Source: a virus
Length of the DNA stretch: 64,000 nt
IMG/VR virus record: IMGVR_UViG_3300008113_000016
Location: 1-64,000 of that record
Strand: one strand, 5' to 3'
Position numbers and translations under genes: made by a program. This document shows positions 30,801-38,737 of the stretch, piece after piece (the first letter of the stretch is position 1; the number at the start of each line of letters is the position of its first letter). The notes under the pieces were generated by a model. It was not told the origin of the DNA and did no database searches. It saw nothing but the letters and a program-made list of their open reading frames with translations.

Positions 30801-33800
30801 TTTATACAAGCGGAAGTCCAGCAGCCCCAACATCTGGAGTAGTTCCAGACCTATTTGGATACTCTTTGACGCAGGCTAATCAAAGAGCAAATACTTCTGG
30901 ATATGGTATTAGCCTTGTAGCGGGTGTTCCAACAGAAAATCCAGATCTTGCAGACAAAATTTATTCTCAGTCTCCTGCTCCAGGAACAAGTCTTACAAGT
31001 GGATCATCTATATCTGTTACAACATACAACCTAGTATCTTTTAAAACAGTTCCAAACGTTTTGGGCTTAACAACAACAAATGCAACCTCTCTTATTACTG
31101 CTGCAAACCTACAGGCTGAAGTTGTTGGAGATGTTGAGTACGTCGATTCAAGTATTGGTTTAGACTTTTCCTTTAAGGTTAAATCTATAAGTTCAACTGC
31201 ACAGTTAAACGGTCAATCTTATCCAAATCAAAACATGTACTTTTTTGTGGAGTCAACTAAATACAATGAAGCAGATACCCCTCTATCTGATGATGACTAC
31301 ACTTTATTTCCTCCATTTTCAGTAAAGATTGGAAATACCTATAAGGTAGATCAAAGCGATTCTTCAAATACTGGAAGAGCAATGTTCTTTAGCACTACAA
31401 CATCGGAAAGCAATGTTTTAACTCCATTTCAGGGTATTAGATATTATATTAATAATCAACAGGTACCAGACTATGCTGCGTATAAGGCAGCATTTAATAC
31501 TGCCACAAGCCGTTATGTAGTTATAACACCATCTTCTCAAACACCTTCAACATTTAAATACAGATGTTCTGCTGCAGACTCTAATGTTTTATTAGACTCA
31601 TCATCTCCAGACGCAGCAAAATTAACCTTAGACTCAGATAACCTAACTGGAACTGTTGCATATCAGATTCCAGTTTCTGGCTCAAAGATGATTACAGACA
31701 CAAAGATTAAGTTGTATAGATATAAAGTTGTTGGGGCAAGAGGAACAACGGCAGCACCTCAATTTTATCCAGCACCAAATACAAGTGGTTTAACAAGAAC
31801 TGACGCATCTTTAGTTGTTCAAAATACTAAATTGATTCCAGTGATTTATGAAACAAAAGTTTTGGCTACTGCTGGAACAGATAACTTTGTTTATGCTCAA
31901 AATCCACAGGCTGGATCATTTTTGGAAGAAAATAGCAACGTAAACCTTTTTGCGTATAAAGTTGTTACATCTTTCCAAAATGGTAGAACTATACCAAACC
32001 TTATTGGAAATAGTGCAACCTCTGCATTTACAGCCTTGAATGCAATCAACCTACAAAATGTTATTAATTACTATACAACTTCAAATCAATCTCTAGACAA
32101 TATTGTTTTTGATCAGTTCCCTAAGTCTGGAACAGTAGTTGAAGATGCTTCTACCATGGTAATAAGCGTATACAAGTTTGAAGAAGAGTCCACTACAACA
32201 ACTACGACAACTGCTGCGCCAACCACTACAACTACAACAACAGCAGCCCCAGGAACTGTTTTTGTTAACGCCCCACAACTCTTAAACCTAACCTTTAGTG
32301 CTGCAGTCTCTTCCCTGACCTCACTTGGTCTTATATATCAATCTGAAACCGTTAACACATCTAACCCAGACCTAAACAATAAAGTTTATTCTCAGTCTCC
32401 AGTAGCAGGAACATCTTTGCCAGTTGGATCAAGCGTCACAGTTTATTACTACACATATGTTGGTGCTACAACAGCAAGCCCAATTGTTACAACCACATTG
32501 CCACCAGCAAATACTGCAACGGTACCAAACGTTGTTGGATTGACGGAAACTCAAGCAAAGTCTACTCTAACCACAAATTCTTTTGTTGGTGTTACAACAA
32601 CAGAAACTTTGACAGCAGAGCAGTCATTAAACAATATAGTTTATGCACAATCTCCAAGTGGAGGAAACTCTGCTACAGTTTCTTCAAACGTTGCACTATC
32701 TGTTTACAGATGGAATGGAAGTACCCCCGCACCAGTTACTACGACAACAACCACGACAACTGCTGCCCCAACAACCACAGCAGCACCTACTACATCTGCC
32801 CCAGGAACAACCTCTGCTCCAAACCAAACATCTTCCGTAAGTAGTTTATCTCCTACAAGTGGGTCAACTGCTGGTGGTTATAGCGTTACAATTTATGGAA
32901 CTTTTCCTACTCCAATTACCAATATTTCGGTTGCTGGAACTAATATTGCTGTAAACAGTTGGAGCCAATCATCTTCTTCAATTTCTTTCCCAATGCCATC
33001 AAGATCTGCTGGTACTGTAGGAATTCAAGTCTTTAATGGACTGACCCCACTAATGTCTGAACTATCATTTACATATACATCTGGAACAACTGCTGCAACC
33101 AATGGACCAGTTCCAAACGTAGTTGGACTTTCATATGATAGTGCATTTACAACACTTTATAATGCTGGTTTCCAGGTTGATGCCTCTGTTGCCAGTACAA
33201 CTGTCGCTTCTAATGATCAAAAGGTTTACGCTCAAGCACCTTCTGGAAATAGCACAGCAACATATGGAACAACAGTTAATATTTATTTTTACCAATATAG
33301 TGGAACTACAACTGCAGCACCTACATTAAAACTTTGTACTCAAGCAGATGTTAGTAACATTAACAATGCTTGTACTGTTGTAAATACTTGTAGATCATAC
33401 GGAAACGGTGCTTCTTGTACAACAGACCAAACTACAACTACTACAACAACTACTGCTGCTCCTTCAGGCGCAACATGGTACTGTACATACTCTGTTTGTA
33501 ACCCATTCTCTGGATATTATTCTACACAGCCATCAAACTATGGAACTTATTCAACGGATCAATCAACAACTTATGGTGGTGGAAGTTCTTACACTAAGAT
33601 TGCTTGTAATACAACCGCTTATAATATTTCTGCAGCAGCACAGGCTCCTTGCGAGTCAGTTGCTACTACCACTACAACTACAACAACTGCAGCCCCTACT
33701 ACAACCACAACAACGGCTGCTCCAACATATTATTATGCTTCTTGGTGTTCATATGGTCAATGCTACACTGACTATGTTTCTACAAGTTGCGCTACAATGA

Positions 33801-34672
33801 GAAACTTAGCAGAAGCAGATTCTGGTGGATCGTTTAGTGGATTTACATGCTCTACATCTGGATATCCACCATGCCCTGCTGCTTGTTCTGGAGGTCAAGT
33901 AACAACTACTACAACCACAACAACAACCACAGCAGCACCAACAACATGGTATTGTACTTACTCTGTATGTCGTGGAACTTCTGGCGCATATATTACTAGC
34001 CCACAAGTTTATGGAACTTATTCTTCAAACCAAACGGCTACATCCTCTAGCGGTGGAAACACTACTAAGATTGTTTGCTATACAACTGGATACGATGTTA
34101 CAGCAGCACAGCAACCAGCATGCGAAGGATTTACCACTGCTGCACCAACTACAACCACAACAACTACTACATCTGCTTCTTGCGTTTGTGTATACTCTGA
34201 TTATGGAACATATTATTATTCACCACAGTGCTGTTCTTCTGGAGCACCAAGATCTGGTTCTTTAAGTGGGGTTACTTCTGGAGACTGCTGTCCTAACGTT
34301 AATAAGGCTACAACTGCTGCTCCCACAACAACGGCTGCTCCTACAACCACTGCTGCACCAACTACAACTTCTGCATCTTGTGTTTGCGTCTATTCTGACT
34401 ATGGAACATATTACTTTGCTCCTCAATGCTGTCCAGCAGGTGCACCAAGATCTGGAGCATTAAGCGGAACAGCATCAGGATCATGTTGTCCAGATGTTGC
34501 AAAGGCTACATCAGCACCAGCCACAACTACAACAGCAGCACCTGCTACTACAACCACTGCTGCAGCGTCTGGAAGATTCTGTACTTCTGCTAATATTGCA
34601 AACCCATCAAATCCATGCTACAGTACATCTCAGTGCAGTTCACAAGGAAGCGGTAGTTTATGTTTCGTATAA
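27836..34672 (+). CDS. giant tail-tip/fibre protein: Fn3-like N-term, ~10 PASTA domains, IPT/TIG, Thr-rich linkers, Cys-rich modules
   Basis: LIPGKTYKVRLR..SEWS (Fn3); SG.Y....SGWQI...GSAEFN (host-specificity-J-like motif); repeated VPNV.GL....A...L......Q.P..G..V..G..V.L; SLSPTSG..AGG..VTIYG. Confidence 0.85.
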   Translation: MQINIPDLIPGKTYKVRLRGVTTDGGVSEWSRVYEFAVPSNLPVAQPINPSSIVITPQSDKSFLISWDKVENTGTLVFRNGRFEIEGLSNKGLIKDYRIDIGWIGVAPKANYNPSDAYWSKTALGSLASRGTTADDTTLIPLFSTTTGNNKFVFNLDDNSAAFSGAKGAIAIFIRARTVNNLVLPQDSVYIVDTNNLVYSGGFSGGNALSMASSTSTANWQEGGLQLSWNPVANASSYKIDITSTSGSTKSYYSVDSNFFYTTAQNLLDWGGVFNHQDTIKYRIYPSDNFEYYSGTSGSSVILSKYGIPTQENTTALSNFAAISTNLRPEVVQTSGKFVVYLPLSIKSSLQTGDTVNYYWTQGTVETINGQVQYNPAPVTRNPNNKISTSLTVVEVPSGANASLQHANYRFWFGIVKAGSQTEQFSQAFPEDSVVGIKPGPIVDVDSGYQLIAENVKSGSYVSNTSGWQINKSGSAEFNNLLARGVIVAKSGSFVESLKVGNALGNQSITLDGSDPLVGKIFIGNGQYFNTGTGFYVDGTGNFSLSDRLGYSQAFNLLQVNGGIRLTYPSVVEDNFGVTSGTLYVGSSPVSGSRITLTSSGLRSFDSSNNITFGITPTGPSGSVAGWSITDLDSSGKYNVLASTASKFFLDSKHSRAVFGSFAGSNRLQITANSISNANFPNVKLGLDTESISAQISSVVGMTINSNTFSLNHGSRSVKIGNTGVDIVGPVKLNLNNIERTTAGSTPYDMVVMDTRDGQLYRVPSATYNVTTAAPVLKNTVTTTVPNVIGLTLNSALSTVQTANLQTRISDTTIITSNALLNGVIATQSPMSYTSADVGSTVYLSIYEYSSSGLSLVQVPNSLSENDVVAKNTIEAIGLTYRVRSSINTTNPALYNKIAEQDPIPGTYVKPGTTVNVVLYQPEGAATVPNVIGLGQTPATTALTALGFSVTVNNITTLQSTLNNLIYTQSVAPGTSLRVGSTVVLNKLVYTSGSPAAPTSGVVPDLFGYSLTQANQRANTSGYGISLVAGVPTENPDLADKIYSQSPAPGTSLTSGSSISVTTYNLVSFKTVPNVLGLTTTNATSLITAANLQAEVVGDVEYVDSSIGLDFSFKVKSISSTAQLNGQSYPNQNMYFFVESTKYNEADTPLSDDDYTLFPPFSVKIGNTYKVDQSDSSNTGRAMFFSTTTSESNVLTPFQGIRYYINNQQVPDYAAYKAAFNTATSRYVVITPSSQTPSTFKYRCSAADSNVLLDSSSPDAAKLTLDSDNLTGTVAYQIPVSGSKMITDTKIKLYRYKVVGARGTTAAPQFYPAPNTSGLTRTDASLVVQNTKLIPVIYETKVLATAGTDNFVYAQNPQAGSFLEENSNVNLFAYKVVTSFQNGRTIPNLIGNSATSAFTALNAINLQNVINYYTTSNQSLDNIVFDQFPKSGTVVEDASTMVISVYKFEEESTTTTTTTAAPTTTTTTTAAPGTVFVNAPQLLNLTFSAAVSSLTSLGLIYQSETVNTSNPDLNNKVYSQSPVAGTSLPVGSSVTVYYYTYVGATTASPIVTTTLPPANTATVPNVVGLTETQAKSTLTTNSFVGVTTTETLTAEQSLNNIVYAQSPSGGNSATVSSNVALSVYRWNGSTPAPVTTTTTTTTAAPTTTAAPTTSAPGTTSAPNQTSSVSSLSPTSGSTAGGYSVTIYGTFPTPITNISVAGTNIAVNSWSQSSSSISFPMPSRSAGTVGIQVFNGLTPLMSELSFTYTSGTTAATNGPVPNVVGLSYDSAFTTLYNAGFQVDASVASTTVASNDQKVYAQAPSGNSTATYGTTVNIYFYQYSGTTTAAPTLKLCTQADVSNINNACTVVNTCRSYGNGASCTTDQTTTTTTTTAAPSGATWYCTYSVCNPFSGYYSTQPSNYGTYSTDQSTTYGGGSSYTKIACNTTAYNISAAAQAPCESVATTTTTTTTAAPTTTTTTAAPTYYYASWCSYGQCYTDYVSTSCATMRNLAEADSGGSFSGFTCSTSGYPPCPAACSGGQVTTTTTTTTTTAAPTTWYCTYSVCRGTSGAYITSPQVYGTYSSNQTATSSSGGNTTKIVCYTTGYDVTAAQQPACEGFTTAAPTTTTTTTTSASCVCVYSDYGTYYYSPQCCSSGAPRSGSLSGVTSGDCCPNVNKATTAAPTTTAAPTTTAAPTTTSASCVCVYSDYGTYYFAPQCCPAGAPRSGALSGTASGSCCPDVAKATSAPATTTTAAPATTTTAAASGRFCTSANIANPSNPCYSTSQCSSQGSGSLCFV
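30185..33300 (+). repeat. array of ~10 PASTA-domain coding repeats
   Basis: units start VPNVIGL, VPNSLSE, VPNVIGL, VPDLFGY, VPNVLGL, APNTSGL, IPNLIGN, APQLLNL, VPNVVGL, VPNVVGL. Confidence 0.85.
32189..34565 (+). repeat. dispersed Thr-rich (T4-9)AAP mucin-like linkers
   Basis: TTTTTTAAP / TTTAAP blocks encoded by mixed ACA/ACT/ACC/ACG codons. Confidence 0.9.
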
Positions 34673-34688
34673 TTGAAAGGAGAAACAA

Positions 34689-35354
34689 ATGAAAGAAGTT
34701 CTAAGAATGCCTAATCTAGTTGGACTAGATGTTGGTGCAGCAACCCAAATGCTAAACAGTTTTGGTTTTCAAAATGTAGAGTTTCAGCCAGTAATTCCAA
34801 AAGATCAAAACTCTACGATTAATATGGTTTATCACCAAAGCGTACAGTTTGATACAGACATTAAAGCATTTGACGCTATTACAGTTTACTATTACTATAA
34901 AGAAGAAAAGCCCAACGAGTACTATGCTTTTGTTGGAAAAGACACATTGGTAAACACAGTAACTGGAATGAAGTTTGTTTCAGACCTTATGGCAAAAGAT
35001 GTTATTCTTTCTTTAAATGATCAGTCTTTAGCAAAAAGTGGACAGGCTCCAGAAGACCCAGTTTTAGGAGTAATCTATCAAGTTAAGCCTATAAGTTTTA
35101 AATGGTATTGGGCAATCAACGACATGACGGTTGGATATCAGCAAGAATTCCTTATAAAAAGAAATGGAATTTGGGCTTACATTATTGCTGACGATTTAAA
35201 AGTTGGAGACACAGGATTAAACTCAGAACTAGTAGAAACTCAGATAACTAGCAAGGTAAGAATAGATGCTCCAATTAGCGGATATCAATTGTTAATTGTT
35301 GACTCTAAGCCAATCATTACGGAGTCATTTGTAATCAGAACAAGAACGGAGTAA
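34689..35354 (+). CDS. PASTA domain + degenerate Hint (intein-like) domain protein
   Basis: MPNLVGL..GAA...L PASTA; AFVGKDTLV....G.K.V.DL...D.ILSL, IKRNG.W.YI.A.DLKVGD, I.S...I......Y.L Hint-like pattern. Confidence 0.65.
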   Translation: MKEVLRMPNLVGLDVGAATQMLNSFGFQNVEFQPVIPKDQNSTINMVYHQSVQFDTDIKAFDAITVYYYYKEEKPNEYYAFVGKDTLVNTVTGMKFVSDLMAKDVILSLNDQSLAKSGQAPEDPVLGVIYQVKPISFKWYWAINDMTVGYQQEFLIKRNGIWAYIIADDLKVGDTGLNSELVETQITSKVRIDAPISGYQLLIVDSKPIITESFVIRTRTE

Positions 35355-35357
35355 TTG

Positions 35358-36338
35358 ATGAAGAAGTCTATCTTCATACAAATTCCTTCCTATAAGGACT
35401 ACGAACTTGAACCTACAATTCTAGACTGTATCAATAAGTCTTCTGGCAAGTTTGATTTAAGGTTTGGAGTTTCTTTACTTGTTCATGGAAAAAACGATGT
35501 ACCAGTTCCAAAGTTATCTAATGTTCATGTAACTAGATTAACATTTGATGATGGCTATGGTGTTGGATTTTCTAGAGCAAGGGCTAACGAATGGTATGCT
35601 GGAGAAGACTACTACTTTCAAATTGATTCACATGAAAGGTTTAAACCAAACTGGGATCTATACCTAGTTTTAGAATTAGAAAGATTAAAAGCAAATGGAT
35701 ACAATAAGCCATTAATGTCTGGATACCCTCAGAATTATTGGTTTAATGATTATGGTATGCCAACATATTTTGATGATGACTATATAACTAGTTTTAAATT
35801 TGTAGATAAAAATATTACTCAATTTTCAGAAACAGGAGTGTTAGATCAAACTGCACACCTTAATGATAAAAGCAGAACAATCAGAGCAAGATCATCTTGT
35901 GCTGGAATGGTGTTTACTGTAGGAGACTACGGTCTTATAAAGCCAAATGAAAAGATTATGTTTTGGGGAGAAGAAAACCTACAGTCTGCAAGAGCAATCA
36001 CTAATGGATTTAGTTTATTTACTCCTCAAAAGAATGTTGTTTACCATCAGTATTTTGCAAAGAGTGAAGAGAACAGAAGCCACAAAAGAAATAAAAGAGC
36101 GCATGTTTGGTCAGACCTAAGAGATCATGGATTTGACGACTGGCATCAAAAAGATGAGGCTGGAAAAGAGTATCTAGTTAATCTATTTAAAAACTGGGAG
36201 ATAAGTCAAGAAGGACTAGGCAGCGTTGTAAGTAAAGAACTGTATACTCTATACACTGGGATAGATCACGACTTGCGTTCTTTGACAGAAGATGCTATAA
36301 TGGGAACTGAACCAAACGACTTATTAAGGAATATATAA
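35358..36338 (+). CDS. GT60-like glycosyltransferase (polypeptide/hydroxyproline alpha-GlcNAc transferase family, GT-A fold)
   Basis: SIFIQIPSYKD.EL..TI, GVG.SR..AN..Y.GEDYYFQIDSH.RF..NWD, KPLMSGYP, F.GEE...SARA.TNG. Confidence 0.8.
   Translation: MKKSIFIQIPSYKDYELEPTILDCINKSSGKFDLRFGVSLLVHGKNDVPVPKLSNVHVTRLTFDDGYGVGFSRARANEWYAGEDYYFQIDSHERFKPNWDLYLVLELERLKANGYNKPLMSGYPQNYWFNDYGMPTYFDDDYITSFKFVDKNITQFSETGVLDQTAHLNDKSRTIRARSSCAGMVFTVGDYGLIKPNEKIMFWGEENLQSARAITNGFSLFTPQKNVVYHQYFAKSEENRSHKRNKRAHVWSDLRDHGFDDWHQKDEAGKEYLVNLFKNWEISQEGLGSVVSKELYTLYTGIDHDLRSLTEDAIMGTEPNDLLRNI
36273..36301 (+). promoter_or_regulatory. promoter embedded in glycosyltransferase 3' end
   Basis: TTGCGT-17 nt-(TGC)TATAAT. 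Confidence 0.6.
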
Positions 36339-36520
36339 TGGAAACAAACCGATATGAACTAGTAATCACAGCACTACAGCAGCGAATTGGGGAGATAGTG
36401 GCAAACTATGAAACCCAGATTGCAATTCTTAGGGCTGAGTTAACAGCAGTAACTGCACCAGCAGAAGAAGAAACTAAGGTTGTTGAAACAACTGATAAAA
36501 AGGGGAGTGCTAAGAAGTAA
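36338..36520 (+). CDS. small coiled-coil hypothetical protein
   Basis: ELVITALQQRIGEIVANYETQIAILRAELT; SD AAGGA. Confidence 0.75.
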   Translation: METNRYELVITALQQRIGEIVANYETQIAILRAELTAVTAPAEEETKVVETTDKKGSAKK

Positions 36521-36927
36521 TGTCTTTTACTGATGGAACACCAATTACCTTTTCGTTTATTGAAAAGATTCAAAATGAGTTAAATAAGATTATTGGAAAC
36601 ATTGGCTCTAAGAGCATTCCAAAGATCTTTATCAATGGAACGATGGTAAAAGATCCACAGATTCTATCTAGACGAGTAGACATTAAGGCACCAGCAAAAA
36701 CATTAGTATTTGAATATAGAGTTAACTTTACAGATGCTGCATTTCAAACTAATCCAAATGTCACAATAACACTTCAGCACCCTAAGTATCGTGCATATGC
36801 TTCAATCACACAAATTACCCCTGCATCGTTTCAGGGATTTATTACAGTATCACCACCAACAGAAAAGGCTACAGGTATTGACACATCAGTACCATTTGTG
36901 CTAAACTATATCGCTGTAGGATCATAA
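36520..36927 (+). CDS. minor tail protein with H-type-lectin/gp53-like C-terminal domain
   Basis: VNF...F.TNP.V.IT, IT.ASF, NYIAVG terminus. Confidence 0.55.
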   Translation: MSFTDGTPITFSFIEKIQNELNKIIGNIGSKSIPKIFINGTMVKDPQILSRRVDIKAPAKTLVFEYRVNFTDAAFQTNPNVTITLQHPKYRAYASITQITPASFQGFITVSPPTEKATGIDTSVPFVLNYIAVGS

Positions 36928-36935
36928 TTAAATAA

Positions 36936-37190
36936 ATGAATAAAGGCGGATACGTTCTCGTAAACGCCCCTAATCATCCTAGAAGACATAAGGATGGAAA
37001 ATATTGGCAACACATAATTGTTTGTGAACAGATTCTCGGAAGGCAACTTCGCAGATGGGAATCTGTTCATCACATTAATGAGATAAAGAATGATAATAGA
37101 CCAGAAAACTTATTTGTTTGTTCAAGGAAAGAGCATGACAAGGCTCATAACATGCAACCAAATAAAAAAAGAAAGAATTGCAAGAAGTAA
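36936..37190 (+). CDS. HNH endonuclease (HNH_3 type)
   Basis: H..V.E..LGR.L...ESVHHINE.KNDNR.ENL..C...EH. Confidence 0.88.
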   Translation: MNKGGYVLVNAPNHPRRHKDGKYWQHIIVCEQILGRQLRRWESVHHINEIKNDNRPENLFVCSRKEHDKAHNMQPNKKRKNCKK

Positions 37191-37206
37191 AAACTTCTGC
37201 TACAAT
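37178..37206 (+). promoter_or_regulatory. promoter for replication block with inverted repeat in spacer
   Basis: TTGCAA-17 nt-(TGC)TACAAT; AGAAGT-AAAA-ACTTCT at 37183-37198. Confidence 0.65.
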
Positions 37207-37230
37207 ACGCTAATTACAGAAAGGTAATTA

Positions 37231-38031
37231 ATGAGTAACGATTTAAAATGGATGCTGTCGTCTGATCAGCAATTTCCTTATCAGGACGATAAAGCCATTG
37301 AGTTGTGGTTTAAAGTCCTAAAATGGTTTAAGCCAGATGTAGTTGATTATCTTGGAGACACAGATGATCAGGCTTGTTACAGCAAGTATACTGAGGGAAG
37401 ATCAGCAGAGTTCTTAAACCTACATAAGACTGACAGTCGAGACCTTATTGTTCCCATGATGAGACATGAGGCGAAAGGCGCAAGAGATTTTTATACAAAG
37501 ACTCGTGAGATGCTTCCAGATGCACAATTGTTTTCTGCGTTGGGAAATCACGACGTAAGAATTTTTGATTATTTAGACAAAAAGTTACCAGAATACATTT
37601 CAGAAGTAACTCCAGAATCTTTGTGGTCTTTGGACTCCTTGGGATACGAATACATTTACTACAACGAATTGCCAAAGCGTCGCTTTGGAGATATTCACGT
37701 TCATCACGGATTGTCTGTTTCGGATACAGGTGCTGTTCGTAAAGACATGAATGATCTACAGATTTCTTTGATCCGTGGACACTCACATAGAATTGCTTCA
37801 CACTTACAAACATACGAGTTGCGTAATAATGGAGAGGGCGAAACTATCCGTGGATATGAAATCGGGCACATGTGCGATGAGAAGGGTCCAGGAATGAAGT
37901 ATACCCAACACCATGATTGGCAAAAGGGGTTTGCTATTGCACACATTGTAAATGATTATCCACATATTCAGATGATTCATATTGCACCAGATTATTCATG
38001 TGTTGTAGATGGAAAGGTGTTTAAGGTTTGA
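37231..38031 (+). CDS. calcineurin-like metallophosphoesterase
   Basis: SDQQ, LGD..D, GNHD, HHG, GHSH motifs. Confidence 0.85.
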   Translation: MSNDLKWMLSSDQQFPYQDDKAIELWFKVLKWFKPDVVDYLGDTDDQACYSKYTEGRSAEFLNLHKTDSRDLIVPMMRHEAKGARDFYTKTREMLPDAQLFSALGNHDVRIFDYLDKKLPEYISEVTPESLWSLDSLGYEYIYYNELPKRRFGDIHVHHGLSVSDTGAVRKDMNDLQISLIRGHSHRIASHLQTYELRNNGEGETIRGYEIGHMCDEKGPGMKYTQHHDWQKGFAIAHIVNDYPHIQMIHIAPDYSCVVDGKVFKV

Positions 38032-38243
38032 TCAATATGTATTGTGGAAGATGTTCCACCAAAGAAAGAAAAAGCAGGGTGTTTGTTGACCGTGTGTTTA
38101 CCTCTCAACTGCACCTAGAAATGTATTGCCTTACTTGTGGTAAGAGATGGATGTTTCATCCACCAGAGGCTGGAGGAAGACTGGCTCTTCGTGTAATGGC
38201 ACTTGAGCAGAAGTTCTTGAATGGAAGTAGTCAGGGACGATGA
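38028..38243 (+). CDS. Zn-ribbon protein
   Basis: CGRC...VFVDR...CLTCG. Confidence 0.7.
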   Translation: MINMYCGRCSTKERKSRVFVDRVFTSQLHLEMYCLTCGKRWMFHPPEAGGRLALRVMALEQKFLNGSSQGR

Positions 38244-38737
38244 AAGGTATCTCACCACACTTTACTCAATACAGAAGATACTTCTTCTTAAATGGTAAAT
38301 TACATAAAATGATTTATGTTGACAAGGCTCAAAATCTTTGTCATGCTCTTTTGCTAGAGGATAATAAGTTAATGTCGTATATTTACTCTGACGTAAAGAA
38401 GATGCATAAAAAAGCATTTACTATTGGTGAGGTTGCATTATTGGTTAATCGACACAAGAATAGAATTAGAGAGGCTATGGATAACGACTCCTTGCCTTTT
38501 CCTCAATCTATTCCAGGTAAGAGAAAAACTTACATGTGGAGTGAAGACGAAGTTTTAGATGTAAGAGATTATTTTGCAAGCGTTCACAGAGGCAGACCAA
38601 GAAAAGATGGAATATCAAAGTCTTGGAATGTTCCAACCATAGAGGAGTTAAGGTCAAAGATGTTAAGGGAAACCACCTTGTATGTTCAAAACGATGAGGG
38701 TAAGTTTATCCCTTTGTGGAAAGCAGAGGGTTTCTAG
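38240..38737 (+). CDS. MerR-like HTH DNA-binding protein
   Basis: AFTIGEVALLVNRH..RIR, WSE.EV, GRPRKDG. Confidence 0.65.
   Translation: MKGISPHFTQYRRYFFLNGKLHKMIYVDKAQNLCHALLLEDNKLMSYIYSDVKKMHKKAFTIGEVALLVNRHKNRIREAMDNDSLPFPQSIPGKRKTYMWSEDEVLDVRDYFASVHRGRPRKDGISKSWNVPTIEELRSKMLRETTLYVQNDEGKFIPLWKAEGF

Noticed and set aside
34172-34506. D/D' duplicated Cys modules as a DGR template/variable repeat pair
   Set aside because: differences are spread over all bases and many are synonymous rather than adenine-specific; no reverse transcriptase in the window
34661-34672. terminal CFV of the giant protein as a remnant Hint N-terminus
   Set aside because: that Cys aligns with the fourth Cys of module A, so it is explained by the repeat
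33408-34676. alternative-frame Q/L-rich ORFs over the Thr/Cys region
   Set aside because: frame-shifted shadows of ACN/GCN repeats, no RBS
36936-37190. HNH as part of a group I intron
   Set aside because: free-standing ORF between intact genes; no interrupted host gene
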